DNA of 64,000 nucleotides from a bacterium (GCA_043771175.1 JAYVHO010000008.1:5124-69123), one strand, 5' to 3'; numbered from the stretch's first letter, positions 8,409 through 18,106 are shown. The notes: generated by a model from the sequence alone, not told the origin. Numbers and translations: made by a program.

Positions 8409-9563
8409 ATGTCATCACTGTATAAAGACGCAATTTATTGGATAGAAGTTGATCAAATTGAACCAAACCCGTTTCAACCGCGAAAAGAATTTGACGAATC
8501 AGCACTGCTTGATTTGGCTGATTCAATACGTCAATATGGGATTTTGCAGCCGCTGGTGGTTACTCGGGTTGAAGATATAAATCCAGAAGGAGGCATGAAT
8601 GTTCATTATGAACTCATTGCGGGAGAACGCAGATTGCGTGCTTCAAAATTAGCAGGACTGTATCAAGTTCCCGTAATTATTAGAAAAAATGAAGACAACA
8701 AAGCAAAATTTGAACTTGCTATTATAGAAAATCTTCAACGAGAAGACTTAAATGCTATTGATCGTGCAATTGCATTTGAACGTCTTACCTCTGAGTTTGG
8801 TTTGACTCATGCACAAGTAGGAAAGAGAATGGGAAAGTCTCGTGAATATGTTTCAAATACGTTGCGGCTTTTAATGCTTCCCGAAGAAATCAGACAAGCA
8901 GTTTCATCAAGAAGGCTTCCTGAAGGGCACTGTAGGCCGCTGTTAATGCTCCATGGACGTACAGAAGAACAAATGACGTTGTATCATGAAATCGTTATTA
9001 AAAAACTCACCGTGCGTGATGCAGAAAAAATAGCTCGCGGAATTGCGGTTGAACGCGTTCGTATGAGTTCTCCTGTTCCAAGAGATTTAAATCTTGAAAA
9101 ACGTGAACAAGAAGTTTCAAAAAGAATTGGTGCACGCGTTACGGTAGAAAAACATCGCGGACAAGGTGGACGGTTAAGTATAGAAGTTATGTCAGAAGAA
9201 GATATTGAACAAATTATGAAAGCCTTAGAATCATTAGGGACATTACCTGGTGCAGAGCTTCTTAAAAACCAACTTTCAGATTCTTTAGATGGATTCAATA
9301 GGCGTCAAATGAGTTTAGGAGGAGATGCCTTTAAAAGTGCAGCACCCGTTGTTACGCCAGAGCCAGAAGTTGTTGAAGAACCAAAAAAAGAAATTAACTA
9401 TGATGATTTTTCTTATGCTGATGAAGGGGATTATTCCGTGTTTGGAGGGTCAGTTTTGGAAACTCCACCAGATGCATCTGACTTTGGATCATATGCAACA
9501 CAAACTCCGGTGGCGGATAAAAAAGAAGATGATGAAGACCCAACGATTACGTTTTCAGTTTAG
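8409..9563 (+). CDS. parB: ParB/Spo0J family partition protein with a long acidic C-terminal extension
   Basis: 'GILQPLVV', 'ELIAGERRLRASKLAG', HTH 'THAQVGKRMGKSREYVSNTLRLL'. No parA adjacent. Confidence 0.85.
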   Translation: MSSLYKDAIYWIEVDQIEPNPFQPRKEFDESALLDLADSIRQYGILQPLVVTRVEDINPEGGMNVHYELIAGERRLRASKLAGLYQVPVIIRKNEDNKAKFELAIIENLQREDLNAIDRAIAFERLTSEFGLTHAQVGKRMGKSREYVSNTLRLLMLPEEIRQAVSSRRLPEGHCRPLLMLHGRTEEQMTLYHEIVIKKLTVRDAEKIARGIAVERVRMSSPVPRDLNLEKREQEVSKRIGARVTVEKHRGQGGRLSIEVMSEEDIEQIMKALESLGTLPGAELLKNQLSDSLDGFNRRQMSLGGDAFKSAAPVVTPEPEVVEEPKKEINYDDFSYADEGDYSVFGGSVLETPPDASDFGSYATQTPVADKKEDDEDPTITFSV

Positions 9564-9600
9564 TCCGTCATCCCGTTGAAGAACGGGATCCAGGCTGCTT
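9563..9600 (+). repeat. GTCATCCCG repeat, locus D (single hairpin unit)
   Basis: gtccgtcatcccgttgaagaacgggatccaggctgc, directly abutting the parB TAG stop. Confidence 0.85.
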
Positions 9601-9602
9601 AT

Positions 9603-10160
9603 ATGCACAAAAATTTCCAAATAAAAAATTCAAATATTTCGTATTCGGTAATTCCAAGCGAAAAAGCAAAAAAAGTTTCCATTCATATTAGTGGAGACTT
9701 TTTGGTTTCCGTTAGAAAACCAAAGCATATTACTTATATTCAACTGCAAGATTTGATGAGCAAAAATATTCAAGTAGTAACAAAACTTTTAGAAAAAGCT
9801 CGCAAGCGTCCACAAATTAAACTTGAAACAACACATGAGGAATATAAAAAAACAAAAGATGACGTCCATGAATTTTTCAGATATCATGTTGAAAGAGAAA
9901 ATATGTATTATAATTTTGTCTATGAAAATATTTCTATCAAGAAACAAAAAACAAGATGGGGAAGTTGTTCCAGTAATAAATCACTTTCACTTAATTTTAA
10001 TATTTCAAAACTACCACTCCATTTAATGAGATATGTGATTGTTCATGAGTTGTGTCATTTAAAAGAAATGAATCACTCAAAAAGATTTTGGGATTTAGTT
10101 GCCATAGCTGACCCGGACTACAAACTCCATAATAAAGAACTTAAAAATTATCTTCCATAA
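9603..10160 (+). CDS. YgjP-like (DUF45) HExxH metallopeptidase
   Basis: 'YVIVHELCHLKEMNHSKRFW'. Start moved to ATG 9603 because the ORF-track start lies inside the repeat. Confidence 0.7.
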   Translation: MHKNFQIKNSNISYSVIPSEKAKKVSIHISGDFLVSVRKPKHITYIQLQDLMSKNIQVVTKLLEKARKRPQIKLETTHEEYKKTKDDVHEFFRYHVERENMYYNFVYENISIKKQKTRWGSCSSNKSLSLNFNISKLPLHLMRYVIVHELCHLKEMNHSKRFWDLVAIADPDYKLHNKELKNYLP

Positions 10161-10161
10161 G

Positions 10162-10189
10162 AAAATCGCAGATACTATCTGCGATTTTC
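10162..10189. terminator. Bidirectional terminator between convergent genes
   Basis: aaaatcgcagat-act-atctgcgatttt. Confidence 0.75.
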
Positions 10190-10191
10190 TA

Positions 10192-11703
10192 TTATCCAAA
10201 GAATTTGGTAAATAATGTGACACCTTTTGTTTTGTTTCTAATATTTCTTTTAGCGAAGTTAGTTTTTGCAAATTCTAACATTTTATAATTTGGTTTAGTT
10301 TTATCATTTGTTTCTATTGAAACAACATCATTTGAATGAAGCTCATTTTTTAATGAAGAATACTTTCCATTAACATTCATTGCGTGTGCATGGTCACCAA
10401 TGTCAGTGTGTACCGCATAGGCAAAATCAATTCCGGTTGATCCGTGAGGTAAATCAATTACGTCTCCCTTTGGGGTAAATATAAATATTCTATCTTCAAA
10501 AAAATCACTCTTTAAATCTTTAATATAAGATTCTGGATTTTTTACGCCATCTTCAATTTCTGAAAGTTCGGTAAGCCAAGAAAGTGCATGGAACTTTTCT
10601 TTTTTGGTATCTTTTGCAATTAATGCATTTTTATAAGCAAAGTGGGCAGTGACTCCAAATTCAGACTGGCGGTTCATTTCATGAGTTCTGATTTGAATTT
10701 CAGCGCAAATCCCATCACCCGTAAATACGGTAGTGTGTAGTGATTGATATCCATTTGGTTTTGGTATGGCAATAAAATCTTTGATTCTTCCGGGAACTGG
10801 TTTTAAATGACTGTGGATAATTCCCAATGCTTTATAGCAATCTGCTGTGGTGTCTACTAAAACACGCAGGGCAATAATATCTGAAACTTCAGAAATTGAA
10901 TATCCTTTGCGTACCATCTTTTTATATAATGAAAATATTCCCTTAATTCTATGTGTGGTGGAATTTTCAATACCATTGTCACTGAGGATTCTTTTTAGTT
11001 TCTTGAAAAGTTTTTCAATAATTTCTTCATGTCTGGTTTGTTTTGATTCCAAAACTTTCATGAGAGATTCATATTCTTGTGGATACGCAAAAGGAAACGC
11101 GGCATCTTGAATTTCTCCTGAAAGCTTTCCCATACCAAGACGTCCCGCCAATGGCGCATAAATTTCAATACTTTCCATCGCAATTCTTTTACGTTTGTCA
11201 GGGCGCACACCTTCTAGTGTTGAGAGGTTGTGAAGCCGGTCACATAATTTAATAACCACCACACGTAAATCTTTTGCTGATGCAATAAAAAATTTTCGCA
11301 GAGATTCAACATGACGTTCGTGACCTTTATACTTTAATTTACCTAATTTGGTAACCCCTTCAATAAGTTGCAAAATTTCTATGCCAAACTCATTTTTAAT
11401 TTCATCTTCGGTAATGGTGGTATCTTCAAGTGTGTCATGAAGTAATGCTGCTGCAACGGTGGTTGCCCCCATTCCAAATCTCACCACATTACAAGCCGTT
11501 TCAAAAACATGAAATACATATGGTTCACCACTGTTTCTCATCTGGCCATCATGATAGATAATCGCGGTGGATATGGCTTTTTCAAGAAGTACTTTTTCTT
11601 CATTAGTATAGGTTTTATCCCAATATTTTAAAAGAAGTTCTTCTAAAACAGATACCACTAAAACATCTTTTGGGTTTTGAGTTTGATCAAGAGAGGTTGT
11701 CAT
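10192..11703 (-). CDS. RelA/SpoT homologue: (p)ppGpp hydrolase/synthetase with TGS domain, short form
   Basis: HD 'LLHDTLEDT', synthetase 'GYQSLHTTV', TGS 'IFIFTPKGDVIDLPHGSTGIDFAY'. tgatatact box (rc of 11711-11719), 7 nt from the ATG. Confidence 0.85.
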   Translation of the reverse strand: MTTSLDQTQNPKDVLVVSVLEELLLKYWDKTYTNEEKVLLEKAISTAIIYHDGQMRNSGEPYVFHVFETACNVVRFGMGATTVAAALLHDTLEDTTITEDEIKNEFGIEILQLIEGVTKLGKLKYKGHERHVESLRKFFIASAKDLRVVVIKLCDRLHNLSTLEGVRPDKRKRIAMESIEIYAPLAGRLGMGKLSGEIQDAAFPFAYPQEYESLMKVLESKQTRHEEIIEKLFKKLKRILSDNGIENSTTHRIKGIFSLYKKMVRKGYSISEVSDIIALRVLVDTTADCYKALGIIHSHLKPVPGRIKDFIAIPKPNGYQSLHTTVFTGDGICAEIQIRTHEMNRQSEFGVTAHFAYKNALIAKDTKKEKFHALSWLTELSEIEDGVKNPESYIKDLKSDFFEDRIFIFTPKGDVIDLPHGSTGIDFAYAVHTDIGDHAHAMNVNGKYSSLKNELHSNDVVSIETNDKTKPNYKMLEFAKTNFAKRNIRNKTKGVTLFTKFFG

Positions 11704-11750
11704 AAAAGTAAGTATATCAAAAAATAGCAAATGTGATATAGTAATTGTAT

Positions 11751-13058
11751 ATGAAAACAGCAAGCTCTGATGGAGCAGCAGGAACGCAAGATATATTGGT
11801 TTCTTCTGCTCGTCTCAAAAAACAACTTATCGATACTATTTCGCAAGTTGCCAATCATCATGGGTTTGACTACATCGAAACTCCTATTTTAGAAAATATA
11901 GAAACATTAAAATCTGCGGAAAGTGACTTTAGGATTTTTTATGCATTAACGGGTGCTGATGACGCGTGGGATACGGGACTTCGATATGACCTTACGGTTC
12001 CTCTTGCTCGAATTGTTACAAAGTATTGGCCAGAACTCCCAAAACCTTTTAAGCGATATCAGTATGGAGAAGTGTTTAGGGGAGAAAAGCCACAAAAGGG
12101 CAGATATCGTCACTTTACACAATTTGATCTGGATATTGTAGGAACGAAAAATATTGATGCGGATATTGGACTTTTTATGTTGGCTCGTAGCACGTTTGAT
12201 CAAATCAACCTTGGAATTATTTCAACATTTCATATTAACTCAAGAAATTTCTTTACGGCACTGCAAGAAGTTCTTGGTATTGCCTCAGAAAAATTAACGG
12301 AACTGGTAAAACTTTTTGATAAATCAGAAAAAATTACTAAAGAAGAGTTTACTTCAGAGCTTGCAATGTTGGTCACTGATAGTAATAGTCAAGAAATTTG
12401 TATAAAGCTACTTGAAATTATTCCAACGTCAGAATTTGCTATGATGCTTGATACTGTTAAAACAAGTTCTCTTTACACAGATCTTCTTGAAGAATTTACT
12501 GCCGTTAAAGACGCACTAGACAATCAAGATGCCGTAACAAAATATGTTTTTAATCCCATGATTGCACGAGGATTTGGGTATTACACGGGCATGGTATGTG
12601 AAATGAAAGTAGAGGGATTCTCTTTTTCAGTATTAGGAGGTGGACGTTACGACAATTTAACAGAAAAATTCTCTCCACAGAATTTCCCCGCAACAGGGAT
12701 ATCTTTTGGAATTGATAGAATTCTTTTGGTGTTATCTGAACTTGGTGTATCGGTAAAAAGCACCCACGATAAAAAAATAGTGATTGGGTGTCTAGACGAA
12801 ACAGCAAAAAAATACACTTATTTAACACTTTTAAATATTTCAAAAATATTATCAAAAGACGACAGCATAGAAATGTACGTGGCTGATGCCGTTGATGCAA
12901 AATCAGTTCTAATGTATTCATTATCAAAACAGGCAACACATATGGTTATTATTGGTGAAAATGAAATGCGATCTGCTACCGTAACGATAAAAAATTTAAT
13001 CACCAAAGAACAAGCCACTATAACAGCAGATATGGTAGAAAATTACTTAAAATCATAA
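11751..13058 (+). CDS. hisS: Histidine--tRNA ligase
   Basis: 'RYQYGEVFRGEKPQKGRYRHFTQFDLDIVG', 'GGGRYDNL'. tgatatagt at 11734-11742. Confidence 0.85.
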   Translation: MKTASSDGAAGTQDILVSSARLKKQLIDTISQVANHHGFDYIETPILENIETLKSAESDFRIFYALTGADDAWDTGLRYDLTVPLARIVTKYWPELPKPFKRYQYGEVFRGEKPQKGRYRHFTQFDLDIVGTKNIDADIGLFMLARSTFDQINLGIISTFHINSRNFFTALQEVLGIASEKLTELVKLFDKSEKITKEEFTSELAMLVTDSNSQEICIKLLEIIPTSEFAMMLDTVKTSSLYTDLLEEFTAVKDALDNQDAVTKYVFNPMIARGFGYYTGMVCEMKVEGFSFSVLGGGRYDNLTEKFSPQNFPATGISFGIDRILLVLSELGVSVKSTHDKKIVIGCLDETAKKYTYLTLLNISKILSKDDSIEMYVADAVDAKSVLMYSLSKQATHMVIIGENEMRSATVTIKNLITKEQATITADMVENYLKS

Positions 13059-13072
13059 GGTATACTATATTC

Positions 13073-13450
13073 ATGAACAGTATTGTATTTTTTGCAAAAT
13101 TGTTGCTTGGTGTATCAGTTGCACATGCACAATCAACGTTGCCTCCACAATTCACGATGCCAAAACTCGGAAATATGTTGTGTCCGGATAGTACTAAAGT
13201 ATGTGCGTTTGACTCATTGCCTGATTTTATAAATATGATTTTAAAATTTATTGTTGATGCAGGGACACCTATTGTAGCTATTGCCTTTATTTGGACAGGG
13301 CTTAAGTATGTTTTGGCTCAAGGTAATCCTGGAAAATTAACAGAAGCTCATAGAACTGCAAAATATACATTGATTGGCGCGGCTCTTATCTTGGGATCAT
13401 TTGTTATCACTAAAGTAATCACTGCCACGGTAGGTGATATCATTAATTAA
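13073..13450 (+). CDS. Pilin-like small membrane protein 1 (VirB2/TrbC-type: signal peptide plus 2 TM helices)
   Basis: '...GVSVAHA|QS', TM 'IVAIAFIWTGLKYV', loop 'AQGNPGKLTEAHR', TM 'LIGAALILGSFVI'. Confidence 0.6.
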   Translation: MNSIVFFAKLLLGVSVAHAQSTLPPQFTMPKLGNMLCPDSTKVCAFDSLPDFINMILKFIVDAGTPIVAIAFIWTGLKYVLAQGNPGKLTEAHRTAKYTLIGAALILGSFVITKVITATVGDIIN

Positions 13451-13451
13451 T

Positions 13452-13799
13452 ATGGAACAGACATTGATGTATCTACAAAGTGTTCTAGGGGTCAGCACTG
13501 CTTATGCAGCAGGATCAATTAAGTCTTTTGGTGATGCGGTAAATTTTGTGATTTCTCTTATAAAAGACACAGCAATTCCTGTTCTTATTTCTGGCGCCGT
13601 AATTATTTTCTTCTTTGGTGTTATCAAAACGTTTATTTATGAAACCAATCCAGAAACCATTGCAAAAAATAAATATTATATGATATGGGGGCTGGGTGCC
13701 ATTTTTGTGATGCTGTCTATTTGGGGAATTATCAATGTTATTTCTTCATCTACGGGAATCGGAATAGGAGGAGATATTACTATTCCACAGTTTAAATAA
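13452..13799 (+). CDS. Pilin-like small membrane protein 2
   Basis: 'GVSTAYA|AG', two TM helices, tail 'STGIGIGGDITIPQFK'. tgatatcat at 13435-13443 supports ATG 13452. Confidence 0.6.
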   Translation: MEQTLMYLQSVLGVSTAYAAGSIKSFGDAVNFVISLIKDTAIPVLISGAVIIFFFGVIKTFIYETNPETIAKNKYYMIWGLGAIFVMLSIWGIINVISSSTGIGIGGDITIPQFK

Positions 13800-13867
13800 T
13801 CATGAGGTACACCAAAGGTGTATAATGATGAAGTATCAATTAATTACTGGATATTTAATTACGAACT

Positions 13868-14248
13868 ATGAAGACTTTACAAAAAATAGGAATCTATCTG
13901 ATGTCATCGGTTTGGCTTTTGCCAACCTTTGCACATGCTCAGGTTATTCCAGGAGGGCAATCGATATGGCAGATTGGAGCACCAATTCTTACCTATATCA
14001 TGAATAATCTTATTCCAATTTTGGTAACCGTTGCGGTTATTATATTGATAGTAAATATTATCCGATTTATCATTGGAGCAAAAGAAGGCAAAGTTGATAA
14101 TGCTGCAGCAGGAAAACAACTTGCATGGAGTATTGGAGGACTATTTATCATTCTTGCAATTTGGGGAATTATTGCCGTAATCTCAAAAACTCTTGGAATT
14201 GGAGTTGGAGGAGCACCAATAGATTTGCCACGCGTTCCATTTCCATAA
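13868..14248 (+). CDS. Pilin-like small membrane protein 3
   Basis: 'LLPTFAHA|QV', two TM helices, tail 'KTLGIGVGGAPIDLPRVPFP'; closest paralogue of protein 2. Confidence 0.6.
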   Translation: MKTLQKIGIYLMSSVWLLPTFAHAQVIPGGQSIWQIGAPILTYIMNNLIPILVTVAVIILIVNIIRFIIGAKEGKVDNAAAGKQLAWSIGGLFIILAIWGIIAVISKTLGIGVGGAPIDLPRVPFP

Positions 14249-14266
14249 AGTGAATATCTCTTTTTT

Positions 14267-14291
14267 AAAAACAGCAGAAATGCTGTTTTTT
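14267..14291 (+). terminator. Rho-independent terminator inside the pilin-like array
   Basis: aaaaacagca-gaaa-tgctgtttttt. The same RNA-sense sequence recurs after tRNA-Gln (47601-47626). Confidence 0.75.
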
Positions 14292-14311
14292 GTTTGGTGT
14301 ATAATTTATAT

Positions 14312-14632
14312 ATGATGATTGATTTTCTTCAAACTATTACTCTGTCAGCAGAGGCGCAAACTGCAGCAGCGGGTGCAAACAAAGTCATTAATAAATTATT
14401 TACGGGAATTATTAATCCTGCTATTAAACTCATGTTTGTAGTAGGTATGGTTTATTTTTTCTATTCAATTGTTCGCAGAGTAATTTGGGAACAAGGCAAG
14501 AGTGATTCCTTTGGTTGGAAAGATGGTCGCGGAGGAGTATTGGTATGGGGGATTCTTGGAATTTTTATTATGGTGGCGGCAGCGGGGTTGGTGGGTGTTT
14601 TAAAAACAGGAATTCTTTCGATAAGTAAATAG
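14312..14632 (+). CDS. Pilin-like small membrane protein 4
   Basis: 'TLSAEA|QT', two TM helices. tgtataat at 14298-14305 supports ATG 14312. Confidence 0.55.
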   Translation: MMIDFLQTITLSAEAQTAAAGANKVINKLFTGIINPAIKLMFVVGMVYFFYSIVRRVIWEQGKSDSFGWKDGRGGVLVWGILGIFIMVAAAGLVGVLKTGILSISK

Positions 14633-14636
14633 ATAT

Positions 14637-14900
14637 ATGTTGTTTGATCTTATTCTCAAAACTCCTGAATTTGCAAACAGTGCGCTGGGATTTTTTACCA
14701 GTTATATATTATTACCATTTATAGGAGTAGTTGCAGGATTTTCTTTTGTGGTATTTGTCTATGGTTATGTTAAATATATACACTTGGGTGAATACTACAC
14801 CAAAGGGGAAGATGAAGGAAAAGAACTGATGGGTAAAGGTATTTTATTCCTTGGTATTTGTGCATTTATTTTTATTATTTCTTATTATTTTCTCGCATAA
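14637..14900 (+). CDS. Small 2-TM membrane protein 5 (most divergent member of the array)
   Basis: 87 aa, two hydrophobic helices separated by the charged loop 'GEYYTKGEDEGKE'. Confidence 0.5.
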   Translation: MLFDLILKTPEFANSALGFFTSYILLPFIGVVAGFSFVVFVYGYVKYIHLGEYYTKGEDEGKELMGKGILFLGICAFIFIISYYFLA

Positions 14901-14905
14901 CACAT

Positions 14906-15715
14906 ATGAAAAAAAACACTAAAACCATTTTTGCGGTAGCTATTGTAATTATTTTGATGGTGGCAATCTTTACCACTAAGGAATACTTGAAGAAAAAAAT
15001 GATCGTTAAAGACATACCAACTATGAAGATATGTTCTACTAAAGAACAACTATTGAGTAAAGATAAATATACTATTAATCAAAAAACAGATACATATAAA
15101 GTTTCTGTAGATGTTGAATTACCACAAGATATTGAAATATCACAAATGCTTACTCAGAAAATAAATACCATAATGCAAGAATTTATTACTAGCACCAATA
15201 CTCTTACTCAAGAAGATCTTGCCATGTCAGCATCTATCCATGAACAGGTAATAACGGGCGAATTTTATGTTTATAAAAACATCATCAACTATTCATTACA
15301 TGTATATAACTACACAGGAGGTGCTCATGGTATAACATCGTATCAAACATTTATTATTCCAATATCATCTGGAGTAGCATTAAATTTCCCAACTATTGTT
15401 ACTTCACCAGAGTTATTTAAAACAGTCATTTCTTCTACTATTATTCCCACTATTATAACTCAACTTGCTGATGTGTATGGGGGAAACTCTGAATATTACA
15501 ATAAAAAAACACTAGAAGATCAGCTTCTTAAGTCAGATACATGGTTAGACAATTTCAATACATTTAAAGTTTCAGAAAAAGGAATTATCTTTGTGTTTGG
15601 TGCATATCAAATTGCTCCGTACTCTTCTGGAGAGCCAGAGATTTTGGTACCATGGAATATTATATCTCCAGTATTAACACAAGAATTTTTAGCAACAACA
15701 AAATTGTGTAAATAA
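14906..15715 (+). CDS. DUF3298/DUF4163-like (RsiV/PdaC C-terminal-like) membrane-anchored protein
   Basis: N-terminal TM; 'YNYTGGAHGITSYQTF' and 'YQIAPYSSGEPEILVPW' motifs. Confidence 0.6.
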   Translation: MKKNTKTIFAVAIVIILMVAIFTTKEYLKKKMIVKDIPTMKICSTKEQLLSKDKYTINQKTDTYKVSVDVELPQDIEISQMLTQKINTIMQEFITSTNTLTQEDLAMSASIHEQVITGEFYVYKNIINYSLHVYNYTGGAHGITSYQTFIIPISSGVALNFPTIVTSPELFKTVISSTIIPTIITQLADVYGGNSEYYNKKTLEDQLLKSDTWLDNFNTFKVSEKGIIFVFGAYQIAPYSSGEPEILVPWNIISPVLTQEFLATTKLCK

Positions 15716-15741
15716 CTTCTTAAAGATGATATACTTTTACT

Positions 15742-16593
15742 ATGATTAAGAAAAAAACAACAAAAGATATTCACCATACTAAAAAAGTTTCCATTGGTAT
15801 TGTGATATTGACGGTATTTTTTGTGGTTGCAATTATTGCAAGTAAAAGTAGTAAGCATCATGAAATACTTTCTGTAATAAATGATGATGTTTCTGAAGAA
15901 TGTAACGTTGCTCAGATAAATATTAGAGGAGTTATTCTTCCATATTTACCACCAGTAGAATATGACGAAGATGGAAATGAAATACCTATGTATGATGCTG
16001 TGAGTAGTGAAAATATTATTGCCAGTTTAGAAAAAATTAAAAAAGATGACACCATTTCTGCTATTCTTTTGAATATAGATTCTCCGGGAGGTGTGCCAGT
16101 TCCTGCAGAAGAAATAGATCAAGCAGTGCAACACGCTGGATTACCTGTTGTTTCTTTGATACGGTCAGTTGGGACATCAGCGGCATACTGGGCGGTGAGC
16201 AGCAGTAACCACATAATTGCTTCAAAAAATTCTGACATTGGAAGTATTGGCGTGACATCATCTTATTTAGAAAATAAACATCCTGATCAAAAATTTATAG
16301 AAATTTCCAGTGGTAAATACAAAGATTATGGTAATCCAGATAAACCATTAACCGATGACGAAAAGAATATTATTTTACGTGACGTAAAAATTATTCATGA
16401 AAATTTCATGGATGCTGTTTCAAAAAATAGAAATATTGCCAGAGATATTGTGATGCAATTTTCTGACGGAACCACGGTTCTTGGTCAAAAGGCTCTTGAA
16501 ATAGGTTTAATTGATCAAATTGGTGGATTTTATGAAGCAAAAGACTATTTGCGCGAATTAATTGATGAAGATCCTGTTATTTGTGAGTATTAA
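15742..16593 (+). CDS. sppA: Signal peptide peptidase SppA (S49), 36K type
   Basis: 'IDSPGGVPV', 'GTSAAYWAVS', 'GSIGV'. tgatatact at 15727-15735. Confidence 0.8.
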   Translation: MIKKKTTKDIHHTKKVSIGIVILTVFFVVAIIASKSSKHHEILSVINDDVSEECNVAQINIRGVILPYLPPVEYDEDGNEIPMYDAVSSENIIASLEKIKKDDTISAILLNIDSPGGVPVPAEEIDQAVQHAGLPVVSLIRSVGTSAAYWAVSSSNHIIASKNSDIGSIGVTSSYLENKHPDQKFIEISSGKYKDYGNPDKPLTDDEKNIILRDVKIIHENFMDAVSKNRNIARDIVMQFSDGTTVLGQKALEIGLIDQIGGFYEAKDYLRELIDEDPVICEY

Positions 16594-16630
16594 CCACACA
16601 TCTTTGCATTTTTGTCAAAAATAGGGTAAC

Positions 16631-18106
16631 ATGATACCCACTATGGCAAAAGACTCAACTATTATACGTTTTGAAAACGTTTCGTTTGATTACGGTCCTC
16701 ACAAGCAAACCCTTGACGATGTGTCATTTGGTGTGCGAACACGTTCAAAAATTGCTCTCATGGGGCAAAATGGGGCAGGAAAGAGTACTTTGTTTGGACT
16801 TATTACTAAAACTCTTTTACCTATTGAGGGACGAGTGCTTACCGAGCATGGTGCAACCATTGCCATTGCGCGTCAGGTAATTCCGCGAGATTGGATGGAT
16901 TTAACCGTACGAGAGTTTTTTGAAAAATCTTTCAATGAAAAGATTTACGATATTGACCCACGCATTAAAGGCGTGCTTGAAGTAGTGTCATTTGAAACAC
17001 CATACGACAGACAAATCAAAACATTTTCTGGTGGTCAACAAGCACGGTTGTTGCTTGCTTCTGCCTTAATTGCTGAACCAGATATTTTGCTTCTTGATGA
17101 ACCAACCAACAATTTAGATCATATTGGAATTGAGCATCTTACAAATTTTTTGAAAGAATATAAAAAAACAGTACTGGTAATTTCTCACGATGCGGAATTT
17201 TTAAATCAATTTACTCATGGGGTGTTATATCTTGATGTATACACCAAAAAGATTGAACAATACACCGGAAACTATACTGATGTATTAAAAGATATTACTG
17301 CCAGAGTTGAAAAAGAAAATATGAAGAACGCTCAGTTGAAAAAAGAAATTATTTCCAACAAAGAGAAAGCAAATCAGTTTGCCTTTAAAGGAGGTCAAAT
17401 GCGTATGGTGGCAAAACGCATGAGAGAAAAAGCAGAAGAATTAGAAGATGAAATGGTAGATGTCCGTAAAGAGGATAAAACTATTCGACCTTTTTTTATT
17501 CCTACCCAAGAAAATTTGAGCGGAGATTTAATTACTATTAATAGTTTAACAGTATTTAAAAATCATATTCCTACTCAAAAAAAAGTAAACCTCGCGATGA
17601 AAAAAAGTACCCACCTTCATTTAATTGGGCCAAATGGAATAGGAAAATCAACATTATTAGAAAGAATTACCAAAAATGAAGAAGATGGTATTAAGGTTTC
17701 ATCAGATATTCGTATTGGATATTACCGCCAAGATTTCTCAAACATTGATTTTGATAAATCTTCATATCAAGTCCTATCAGAAGCAATGCTTACCACTGAT
17801 AAAGAAATCAATGAAGAAAAGATTCGTGCCACAGCGGCTCAATTTTTAATCGTAGGGGATATGATTCATAACAAGATCGGATCACTTTCAGAAGGGCAAA
17901 AAGGATTAATCGCATTTGCCAGATTAGTAATAGAAAAACCAGGACTTTTGGTATTAGATGAACCAACCAACCATATTAACTTCCGTCACATTCCCGTAAT
18001 TGCAGAAGCGCTGAGTAAATTCCAAGGAGCCATGATTGTTGTTTCTCACGTTCCAGAATTTATTGCAAAAATAAGAATAGATGAAACACTTGATTTAGGA
18101 AAATAA
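16631..18106 (+). CDS. ABC-F family ATPase (two ABC domains, no TM domain)
   Basis: 'GQNGAGKSTL'/'SGGQQARL'/'LLLDEPTNNLD' and 'GPNGIGKSTL'/'SEGQKGLI'/'LVLDEPTNHIN'. The start could instead be 16643. Confidence 0.85.
   Translation: MIPTMAKDSTIIRFENVSFDYGPHKQTLDDVSFGVRTRSKIALMGQNGAGKSTLFGLITKTLLPIEGRVLTEHGATIAIARQVIPRDWMDLTVREFFEKSFNEKIYDIDPRIKGVLEVVSFETPYDRQIKTFSGGQQARLLLASALIAEPDILLLDEPTNNLDHIGIEHLTNFLKEYKKTVLVISHDAEFLNQFTHGVLYLDVYTKKIEQYTGNYTDVLKDITARVEKENMKNAQLKKEIISNKEKANQFAFKGGQMRMVAKRMREKAEELEDEMVDVRKEDKTIRPFFIPTQENLSGDLITINSLTVFKNHIPTQKKVNLAMKKSTHLHLIGPNGIGKSTLLERITKNEEDGIKVSSDIRIGYYRQDFSNIDFDKSSYQVLSEAMLTTDKEINEEKIRATAAQFLIVGDMIHNKIGSLSEGQKGLIAFARLVIEKPGLLVLDEPTNHINFRHIPVIAEALSKFQGAMIVVSHVPEFIAKIRIDETLDLGK

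Noticed and set aside
13825-14007. 60-aa ORF starting at ATGATG 13825, overlapping pilin-like gene 3
   Set aside because: It is out of frame with, and overlaps, the 13868 gene, which has the conserved signal-peptide/2-TM plan shared with its neighbours.
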